Below the pieces are notes generated by a model. That model did not search any database. It saw only the letters and a list, made by a program, of their open reading frames with translations, and had not been told where the DNA came from. Source: Tubiluchus corallicola (lineage: Eukaryota > Animalia > Priapulida). From it: a stretch of DNA of 64,000 nt. Below, one piece after another: positions 54,508-64,000 of the stretch. Within the stretch, counting starts at the first letter, position 1; the number at the start of each line of letters is the position of its first letter. The DNA is taken from contig JAQGDQ010000118.1 of the NCBI GenBank assembly GCA_030141605.1, positions 1 to 64,000 on the forward strand, read 5' to 3'. The position numbers and the translations under genes were made by a program.

Positions 54508-56097
54508 ATGACTTTTGCCAACACAAGCTACGTTCAAAGAAGCGGTAACAATGGACCAAATTTTTGGAAGCAGCCGATTCAGATCGGGGATGATTTGAGA
54601 GGTATTCATACGAGCTTAACGTTAATGGAAATGGGACAAGACAAAGCAACAATGGCAAGTCGACTCGTGAATTCAGTAATAGAAGATGTGACTGGCGAAA
54701 AGAATGAAGGAATGCTCAAAGAACGTGTTCGGACTGATAAAGATAAGTTTATTAAGGACTTTAATGAAGCCAGTGAAGAAAATCTGTGTGGCAAATTTGC
54801 AAATGTTAAAGAAGAAAAATCTGTTGGAAGGTTTAAGATTGAGAAAGTAATTTGTGAAACTGGACCATCTTTAAACATAAACGAGATGGAATTGAAGTGG
54901 GTAAGTGGATCAGAAGCAGCAGCCTTGGCAGATAAAAAGTTGGAACAAAGACTGTTTTTCTGGGGTAAAGCAGGTGAAAAGGTTTATGAATCCATAAAAA
55001 TATCCAATACCGGAACAACTACTGTGTATTTTTCATGGAAGCGAGTATTCGTGCCACCAAAGTTTGGAATTGTTCCCTACCTTCCAAAAAGGTGGTTTTA
55101 TTTTAATGCTGGTGATGGTGCAATATTGTCTGGAAAAGAAATAAATTTCGAATTTTGTTTCAAATCAATGAAGCCAGGCATTTTCATGGAAAAGTGGGAG
55201 TTTCACACGTTTCCCAAACTGTGTGATGGTATACCTGTTGTCTTTACTTTGAAGGGAATTGCAACAGAAGAGGATTTGTTCTATGAACGTAGGCTTGCAA
55301 TTAACAAACAACTGGAACATGTAAAAGCTCAAGAGATTGTGAAAGAAGTTATTGAGATGATACTAATAAGATCTTTATCAACTGAGAGACCACGCGTCTT
55401 GCCATCTGAACCACTAACTGTAACTCTAGAAGAAAAGTTTCTTGCACAGAATCCATCCTATTTTTTCTACAAGTACGAGCATGTTGCTAAACTGCGAGAA
55501 ATGTATGTGAAAATTTCTGAAGGTGGCGAATGGGATTTTTCAATCAAAACGCTAAAACAAAGCTTTCGTCAGCTTGAAGAAGAGCAACAAGAAAGATATC
55601 GGGTAGTGATGTATGAAACTCTGTCTAACATGATCTTCAAGGATGTTGAGCCTTTGCAACAAAACCGTTATCGCTTGTTTTATCACCTGCTTGTAGAAAT
55701 GATTGATAGCCTTGTGCAAAGAAGCTGTTCGATAAGAAAAGTGATGAGACTACCAAGTAAAGACGATGTAACAGATGATCAGCATGATTCTGTTTCCGTC
55801 AAAAAGAGATCTTGGAAAAAGGAAGGAAAAAAGATAAGCTCAAAAGAAAGATCAAAAAGTAGGTCAAGTGCAAGAGCATCATCTGGCCCATCTTCTTTGT
55901 GGAAAAAAGGAGCTGCTGTAAAACTTGCAGCTCCATTTTCGCTAAGGCCATCTTCGACTACCCAGCCTTCTGACCCTGGTGTGATGGATCTGATTCTTGA
56001 ACACGAATATCAAGAGAAATTGTATGTGCAGACTTATCAACTTTTGTGCAATATGTTTGATAAAATGAGCATCTTATATGACTATACAAAAATTTAG
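54508..56097 (+). CDS. MYCBPAP: MYCBP-associated protein (MYCBPAP/AMAP-1)-like, single coding exon, ~529 aa
   Basis: Uninterrupted ORF; first ATG 54508 follows an AG acceptor at 54477. FWKQPIQIGDDLRGIHTSLT and the Ig-like block ISNTGTTTVYFSWKR...FYFNAGDGAILSG...FCFKSMKPGIFMEKWEFHTFPKL...TLKGIA match MYCBPAP as remembered; C-terminal YQEKLYVQTYQLL. Confidence 0.8.
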   Translation: MTFANTSYVQRSGNNGPNFWKQPIQIGDDLRGIHTSLTLMEMGQDKATMASRLVNSVIEDVTGEKNEGMLKERVRTDKDKFIKDFNEASEENLCGKFANVKEEKSVGRFKIEKVICETGPSLNINEMELKWVSGSEAAALADKKLEQRLFFWGKAGEKVYESIKISNTGTTTVYFSWKRVFVPPKFGIVPYLPKRWFYFNAGDGAILSGKEINFEFCFKSMKPGIFMEKWEFHTFPKLCDGIPVVFTLKGIATEEDLFYERRLAINKQLEHVKAQEIVKEVIEMILIRSLSTERPRVLPSEPLTVTLEEKFLAQNPSYFFYKYEHVAKLREMYVKISEGGEWDFSIKTLKQSFRQLEEEQQERYRVVMYETLSNMIFKDVEPLQQNRYRLFYHLLVEMIDSLVQRSCSIRKVMRLPSKDDVTDDQHDSVSVKKRSWKKEGKKISSKERSKSRSSARASSGPSSLWKKGAAVKLAAPFSLRPSSTTQPSDPGVMDLILEHEYQEKLYVQTYQLLCNMFDKMSILYDYTKI

Positions 56098-57799
56098 ATG
56101 AGTTCCTTTCTCTATGGTCTAATTTGACTAAGTATATGTGAACGTTTAAACATTGTAATACATGTTATGCATATCTCGTGAATATTTACAATACGTATAC
56201 CTACCATGTAAGCACAGGTACATTGTTTGACAAAACCACCTTTGAAGAATACCTATTGTAAGTTCAACTATGGAGAGAAAAATAGTACATTGTGGGTAAT
56301 TTTAACATGCATGAAGAATTAATATTTTTTCTATATAAGTAGTACTTGGGTAACTGCAAGCTGAATTTGCTGATGTTAGAAATCAATTAGTTTTGAACTA
56401 ATTATTATCACACAAACACAATTTCACGTTCATGGCACTAGTTCTTCGCTGTTACATGCATTTCGCCATTTGCTAATTAGATGGGCACTAACGCCTGCAT
56501 TTTGGAAAACGTTGCACAAAAAACAGGTGCTGTACCTCTCAGCTCATGCGTGAGTACAACGGTATATTTGAAATTTAAATTTTTAACTTAAAACTTGCAG
56601 AGTTTTAGTACAACACACTGAATTTCTTACAGTAGCACTGTGCTTCAATTTTCGCTTTCGCAAACCCACGCAGCATGCTCTTGGAATGTTGTTAATGTTG
56701 AAAATTAATTTTAGTTTGTGATGTCATCAATAGTTGGGCTTACCCACCATTACGTTTTTAATCTATTATCTAATTATCAGAAACGCTTTTGTAATATTGC
56801 TGGTGTTAAAATGTATACTTTTTAGCATACTTGAGAATGGTTTAGTATATGAAAAATCATCCAGTCTTACTTTAAGAAGTATCTTTAAACAGACAATTCT
56901 GAAGGGGTATAACACACCTTTTGCTAGTGAGGTGCAAAAACAACAAGAAGTGGTGCACAATAATTTATTACATTAAAGTACTGCCAAATCAATAGAAAAC
57001 TATGTTTCCGATAGTTTAGTGTGAATTGAAGCCTTGTGCAGTAAGCATGACCTAAGTATAGACATCTTACAAGCTTGTCTTTTGAACACGAATCGACCGT
57101 GTGCTTGCACCAATATAGAGTCCACTCTGTTCTTCACAATTGTGGTTCAGTGACTTTCCAGATGTTCACTTCTAACTTATCCACATTATGGGTGTGTATA
57201 GAGTCAGTAATAAAATACACTGAGTCTTTCAAATATCACATATATTGCTTGTTTTTCTCCTATGGTAAAAAGCCAAAAAATGTACATAGCATTCTACTAA
57301 GTTTTCTGTTTGCATGATGTTTCAAATGCTTCATTGTCATTAGGAAAATCAGATTAAAAAAGTTTGACTCAGATTAGAATTCTTAAACTTGTTTTCAGCG
57401 GTTTATAAATAAGCATCAAATCAGTATTGTTAAAATTCATGTGATATCATGTTAGGATAGCTCCTAATTAAATATTGAGGGAACAATAGATTCTCTATTG
57501 ATGTAGCAATGTACTGCTATGTATCAAATTGTTCTGTACTGTTATTACTCGTTGTTTTAGCATGGCCTTAGGAAAAGGGCATTATGCTCTGTATCGTATT
57601 TAATGAAATTAATTACTGATTACGTGTATTTTAGAAGAAATATTACAATGGTTGTTTTACAATTATTGTAAGGACATAGAAACAGGTTTGAAAAAACATC
57701 ACAAACCTCATGATACCTTTCTTCAAATACACATCACTCAACCCTGGCCCTGGGCAATAGTTTTAAAAACACAGTGGTATTATTGAAAGAATAATTATT

Positions 57800-59140
57800 A
57801 TAAGTATGGTCAGAGATGCTTGGTCGTACATCTTTCTTCAAAATCTTAGTCCACCTATTGTAAGCATTGAGGTATCAACATTTATCAGAGCATTCCACCC
57901 ACTTCTATCTGCAGCTAACAGCGTAAGTTCTTCTACTCCTAAAGATATATTTGGTTGAAGTTATTGAACATCCTTATTTATCTTAGCTATCCAAGTTGTT
58001 TTAGGTTTGCCAGGTGGTTTTTTGCAAGGTTTTAAGGCTTTAACACAATTCTTACTGGTGCTTCATTTGGTAATCTTAGAAGATGTCTTACCCATCTTAA
58101 TCTTTGGATCTCGACTTTTGAACTTCAATAAATGTCTTTTGTTTTGGTGAATAAATCTTCATTTTTGATTACGTATGGCCATCTTATCTTTAAACTTTCC
58201 TAAGAAGACTTCTATGAAATGCGTCAATCTGCTTCTCTTGAGTAATCATTAAACCCCAAGTTTCGATGTTGTACATAAATATGCTGGTAACGCAAGCATT
58301 AAATAATCGAAGTCTTACATTAAGACTTAATTTCTAGCTAGTTAATACATTCTTGTGCTGAAGAAAAGCATGTATTGCTTGTTGCTTTCTGCTTTTAATA
58401 TCATCTTCAGTTCTTAGAAAAGTGCCCATGTACTTGCACTTTTTCCAAGACTGATTACCATCTCTTGCAATAACACATTCTTCTGTTTTTGACTGGTTTA
58501 CTTGAAGATTTCTAGTTTTTTTAGAAAATCCCATTTTATTGTGTTAGTTTGAAAACTTGATACACTAATCCATCCAATATCATCTGCATATTGTTGATCA
58601 ATAATGAATGCCTCATAGGATTCCAAAGCAGGATAGGCGTGATCCAGAATATGTTGAGAAAGTTTATCACAGACAGTGGTATCATAATTATGATCATCAC
58701 TTGGATCTTAAGTGCATTTGCTGGGTAGAGCGTGAAAAGTATTGGACTAAGACACCCCAATATTCGTGCTAAAAGTTCTTCCTAAGGTGTTCCCACCTTT
58801 TACAGTAAGTTTAACATCCTTTAGTAGAATTGTAGTAATGTGCATTTCATCTGGTTGTAGTAAGGTTTGTATGTCATCAAACAGAATTCCTCTCTCTACA
58901 GTATCAAACGCCTTGCTCATATCAAGTAACAAATTCGTGATTTGATAAGAACTGGATGTGACTGCTTTTTCCGCAGGCATTTTTCCGTTGTAATTTTTGA
59001 GAAATTTTGCAAATATAATAGACGATAGATGGCAGCACATTGACATTGCGGGAAGATTGATGAACATACGTGATAGTTGTTCTTATATACAGCTTTTTGC
59101 GCAACAATGTGGCAAAGAATTTCAATGTAGTTTTCATCTA
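57800..59140 (-). mobile_element. Degraded non-LTR retrotransposon RT (RTE/Proto2-like)
   Basis: LLLDMSKAFDTVER, TNIGV, CLSPILFTLY, QQYADDIG and WKKCKYMG across several frames, with stops. Confidence 0.85.
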
Positions 59141-59233
59141 GAGTTAATTTTCAACAATGACATTTAAAGTCAACGACGCCTTTGTATAATGGCTTTGGCG
59201 TTATCCGTCGGGTTATCATGAATTTTTCTAGGG

Positions 59234-60438
59234 ATGACTTATTACGATAATTTGCGACCAGATTTATGTCCCGGCCTAACGAAAACAATTTGCGATCTTT
59301 TGCAAAAGCAGTCTATTAAAACAATCTTTGACGTTATAACTAATGATGATGAAACTCTGGCTAGAAAATCAGGAATTGCTTATAAGGTACTTAGCCTGCC
59401 GTTGAGTTATACAGGCCAGTTAACACAATTACATATTCATGAATCTTAGTAAGAATGACGATTTATGATTGAGAGCAAAAGGTCAGAATTGTGCAACATA
59501 TGAACTAAAGTAGTACATTGGTAATAAAATAATGCACAACATTTAGTTTATAATAATAAACATATATTGTAGAGGCTATTGCAGTCTAAATATAGTCATA
59601 ATAAAGGATACATACATGAATATTTGTGTGAGTGGTGTTTTAGTAGACTCTCTTGAACTTTTAGTACTTTAGTAGCATAGCAGTGTGTTTACAGTATCTT
59701 TAATGGTTTGTTTTTTCCATAACTTTGCAGGAACTGTCCTTACTTCAGAAGACCTTGATTTGTAAAACAACTGCAATTCCATTAAATGGGCTAGATATTT
59801 ATGAAGACATGCTGACCACTCTTGCGATACTATCAACAGGATCTCAATGGTATTTGCACAATCACAATTTTCTACGTCACTTCATCTGCAATTCTGTTTT
59901 ATAGTTGTAATATAGCCAATTTTATATTCGTACTACTACTACTACTACTAATACAACCAGTTACCAGTTTATGATTCATTATTATTTAGCATTTTTAGAA
60001 AACAGTGTTGAAAAAGATTTTTGAAATTGAGTACTCATTAGTTTGCTGAGCTATATGATTTCGTATTTTGTGACTTTATAATTCTGCAAATGTTTTGTAA
60101 AATTTGACTAATTGGTCCCTTTGGTGTTAACTGATATTGGCACACCTGTGAAGATTCAACTGTAAAAAACTTTTCAGAAACCAATATTTTCAATGTTAAT
60201 AATACACTTTTTAGTTGCCCAAAGTAACAATGGCAAATTACTGAATTATTTAACTGTAAATGTGCATTTTTAACTATGTCTTAAAACATAATGTAATGAT
60301 TAAAACTAATGCTAACTACACTTTATGAAAACATTGCACTGGCCTACACTTTTTAGCTTGGATGATGTATTAGATGGAGGAATTTTCACTGGAGAAATTA
60401 CTGAAGTATGTGGCGTATCCGCTAGTGGAAAAACGCAG
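59234..60438 (+). CDS. RAD51D: RAD51 paralog D, exons 1-3 (gene continues past the window)
   Basis: Exons 59234-59386 ([10 protein letters not shown]...SGIAYK), 59731-59849 ([10 protein letters not shown]...AILSTG) and 60357-60438 ([27 protein letters not shown], Walker A) splice in frame. The LRxxLCPGL start is characteristic of RAD51D. Confidence 0.92.
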
Positions 60439-60679
60439 GTATGCTTGTGATTCTGTATTTTTGCTTAAATTCAAATGAAATTGTGCTTAAGGTAGCTCAT
60501 TGTGCTCACCTTTCTTATTATTATTAAGTGACATTTTATACAACTAGTTACTATGCATGCTTTGTCAGAAGCTACTTGACGTGACATGTCCCATATGTTT
60601 GTCAACTATTTTGGTATCAATAAAGTTTTTGAACTTGAAAATTAAGTCACATTAGGTCAAGTTGTTTTGAAATCTGTAA

Positions 60680-60945
60680 GTTACGAGTACATAGTTTCAC
60701 CGTGTAAGCCGGAGCCCAATCCATAGCTAGGCTATTGAAGCAGAATGGTTGTCGCCATTACCAAGATTCTTAGCCATGAGTATACATCGTCTCATTTTTC
60801 TCTTGTTGAGAGGAAATTTCCAGAGTCCGAATGGCATATAAAGCTATCCAAGTTCCAAAAGCAGTTTTCTCAAAGGTCACTCATCTATTTATTAATCAGC
60901 CCAGCAGTGCTTGACTTTGCAATCAGACGTACTGTGTGATTACTG
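60680..60945 (-). mobile_element. Degenerate SINE with a 5S rRNA-like segment
   Basis: Minus strand CGTCTGATTGCAAAGTCAAGCACTGCTGGGCTGATTAATAAATAGATGAGTGACC resembles the 5S internal control region. Confidence 0.45.
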
Positions 60946-61074
60946 ATAATAACTGGGATGTTCGAAGTTCGAGACAGGATTGAGGTTCAGGTCGGGTTCA
61001 GCAGTTGAGGATCGGGGTTCGGGATGCTAACTTAGTTCGAAGTCGCCATTTTCCAGGGTTTGGGATCAAGTGGT

Positions 61075-61460
61075 CAGAATTGAGGTTCGAGCCAGGATGA
61101 CATTTTCAGCATCGGGGTTCCCGACCGTGAACCGTAAATATAATTATCAGTAATTATGGAGATAAGAAAATTATTGCGAACTTCCACAATTTTGGCTCTA
61201 CCAAGTTAATATTATTAACTACGACATGATTCACCCACCCATATGTTGAGTTTGAGGTCTAGATTTTCTGTGTTCGGGATTAAAAGGTCTGGATTGAGGT
61301 TCAGGTCGGAACGAAAAAAATTCAGGATCGGGGTTTCCGACCTCGAACCGTAAATATAATTATAAGTAATTATGTAAATAAGAAAATAACAATGATTAGA
61401 AATTCAGCAATTTTGGCTCCACCCGGTTGATATTATGAACATGATTCACCCACCCATACT
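61075..61460. repeat. Diverged tandem duplication, period ~210 bp
   Basis: ATTGAGGTTC...ATCGGGGTT...GAACCGTAAATATAATTAT...CATGATTCACCCACCCATA occurs twice; partial related units at 60960-61070. Confidence 0.8.
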
Positions 61461-62229
61461 GTCAAATTGTGCTCAGTTCTGACCTTTTCATATTCCCTTT
61501 CAAACAGTATGGCTTTATGAATTCAATAATTGTTAGTTTATTCTACTAATCAGTAGTTCCAATAAGTAACTTTGAAATAAAAGTTATTTAAATTATATAC
61601 ACGTGCTTGCTCAATGTGGCATTTAGTTCAGCAGCTTAAATTATTATATGTACTTAGGATCCTGGATGAAATGTGTCTATAGACAGCCCTAATAATAATA
61701 ATTCTACATACAAATACCTTGAAAAATCATTATGATTTTAATCATTGCACTAGTCTCAATGTAAAGCTTTAATTAAGTTTAAGTGTTCTTATTGCATTAA
61801 AGGGTCAGTTTTGTTCCCAAAAACCTGATAAGTAAAATTAATTTTTATGTTCTTGAATAAGTTGCTTTTATTTTGGAACAAAGTCCATATTACAATACAA
61901 TACAAATCATAATTAAGAATCAAACTTTATACATGTAAATCAATATAGCTATTGTTGGTTAGTAGTATTTCACAATTATGTACATTAATTAATTATTTAC
62001 AGTAATTACAATTTAGGTTTAATGGGCTACAGTATTTAGGCATTTATTCCAATACTTATGTAACCTAGAAATAAATAAACACTCATTGCCAAATATATTA
62101 CCTATCAATTTATTGTAAGTGTTAGTAGCTCTAATTTTAGTGGATAAATAGATCTTCTATTACTAAAATCAAAATATGGCAAGTTTAGATCAACACACAT
62201 TTGTCTAACCGAGTATTCATAGTGTAGAT

Positions 62230-62888
62230 CAGTGGTTCCCAACCAGGGGTACGCAACAGCAATGCCAGGGGTACGCAGAAGGTATGTCAGATCGACACAT
62301 TTTTTCTTTCTGTAGCCGGTGAAAAGGGTAAAATACACCAAGTTGCAGCATCGCGATATAGATGAAGTTCAAGACCACGTCACTAGAGAAGTTCTGGACA
62401 CAGCTAGGTACAGACTTCAATGGACTGAAAATTGCGGCTTTCGAGGTGTTGGTTCCATTTGTGACAACATACAAATGTGAACTAGGCTTCAGTGCAATGC
62501 TACATTTGAAGACAAAGGCAAGAAACCGTTTGGATTTGAGGAGCGACATGCGAATCGCAATATCAACAATTAAACCTGATATCAAAAAACTTGTTGATAA
62601 TCATCAAGAACAGCGTGCGCATTAATTATGACTGCTGTGAAGATCGCGTTTCCTTGTATTGATGTTTTCATATTCAAGAAAGTTGTTCAAATTACGTATT
62701 TCTTAATAATCAGTGATAAAATTCATGTTTTCAAAAAAAGTTAAAATAAAAAAATGTCGATAATATTAATCGTTGCTTTCTGGAAACTGGTTTTTCAAAC
62801 GATTTGTTGAAAAATATCAGGTGGGGGTACGCTGAAGATCGCCACATTTAGAAGGGGTACTTGGCAAGGAAAAGGTTGGGAACCACTG
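62230..62888 (+). mobile_element. Internally deleted hAT (Charlie/Buster-type) transposon
   Basis: Perfect 15-bp TIRs CAGTGGTTCCCAACC / GGTTGGGAACCACTG and perfect 8-bp TSD GTGTAGAT (62222-62229, 62889-62896). Retains the transposase C-terminal dimerisation region (PFVTTYKCELGFSAMLHLKTKARNRL). Confidence 0.95.
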
Positions 62889-63169
62889 GTGTAGATTAAA
62901 TAAACTTCTGCTCCCTTTATTATACGCAACTTTTGAGCTATTGTCATAAAAGTTGTTTCACAATGCAGCACAAGAAAAGTTACAACAATATGCTTTGAAC
63001 AAAGTTTGTTTGACGTCTGTAGTACAGTTAGAAAAATGTCGACGCTGATGGTCAACATCCGTATTGTCTGCTTTATCTGAGAGAGCTATGTAGTTCGGGC
63101 AGTTGATTGATTGATTGGTTACTATTTATTTCAGCATAAAAACATACAATTAAAATTTACAATGACTAA

Positions 63170-63960
63170 AACTAGAAATATTAAGAATTACTGTATACGA
63201 AATGTGAGTAAAAGCATTTTAAATTTACAATGTCATCAAGAAGTTAAGACATTAATTTAAAAAATTTAGATTTAAAATGCACATCAGCATTCACAATAGA
63301 AAGTAAAATAATTACAAAGGTTGGCACATATAGTAGATACACTACAATCACATCTAAGCGAAATAGTTTATTTTAAGCAACTTAGATAAGCGAAATAGAT
63401 TATTATAAGCAACTCTTAGTCTGTTCAACACATCATTACTGTAATTTTCACATTATTATTTGAACAGCATGAGAATTTTGTAATGAGCAAGTTTACACAA
63501 ATATAAAATAGTCTTATCTGATTTTCAATGTCAGTATTATCATTCATGTCAGTGCGCAAGACATGTCCAAGATACTTTTCCTGCACACTCACAGGAACTG
63601 CATTGCCATATAGAAACACATCTCCTGGACTATTGTTCTGAAATTTTTTTTCTTTGTTTTCCTAGTGTTAAAGTGAATATTGTGAATCTCTGAATATCTT
63701 ACACAATAGTCTAAAATTTCCTGTAAACATATATCATAGAGGTAAAAATTATTATGTTATCTTCATACAAGATATGATTTGCAGTTGATTCACCTACCCG
63801 ACAGCTCTTCATTTTATTTAATTTTGATGAAAATCGTTTACATAGACATTAACGAGATGATGTAATAGTACCCTATCTTGCCTTCGTCCATTTGTTATAT
63901 TAAAACCGTCATAGACAGTCCGACCTTATTTAACAAACAGTTGCTGACTACTGTACCAAG
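63170..63960 (-). mobile_element. Degraded non-LTR retrotransposon RT/3' fragment
   Basis: ITNGRRQ (degenerate NGVRQG) and EKYLGHVL...DIENQIRLFY...LITKFSCCS. Confidence 0.7.
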
Positions 63961-64000
63961 AAAACAAAGAATTAATCACGGTAACTGGAAAACTATATTT

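Overview
AT-rich, intron-rich animal (invertebrate-like) nuclear DNA with six protein-coding loci, reconstructed by hand from GT-AG exons. On the minus strand are two 3' exons of SMC5 (664-2464), the first seven exons of NOC4L (3545-11434) and a complete FKBP4/FKBP52-type immunophilin (38644-49407). On the plus strand are a complete 13-exon Ric-8/synembryn gene (13198-35409), an intronless MYCBPAP-like ORF (54508-56097) and the first three exons of RAD51D (59234-60438). Introns carry many LINE remnants, MITEs (Kolobok, hAT, Tc1/pogo, foldback types), SINEs and two minisatellite arrays. Most notable: (1) NOC4L runs, on the same strand and in the same splice phase, into orphan SMC5 3' exons across a hairpin-bearing 137-bp tandem array; (2) the intronless, N-terminally short MYCBPAP-like gene (probable retrogene) faces a compact divergent promoter with a heat-shock element on the FKBP4 side and RFX X-box-like motifs on its own side. 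All family calls come from remembered protein and repeat motifs; no database search was run.
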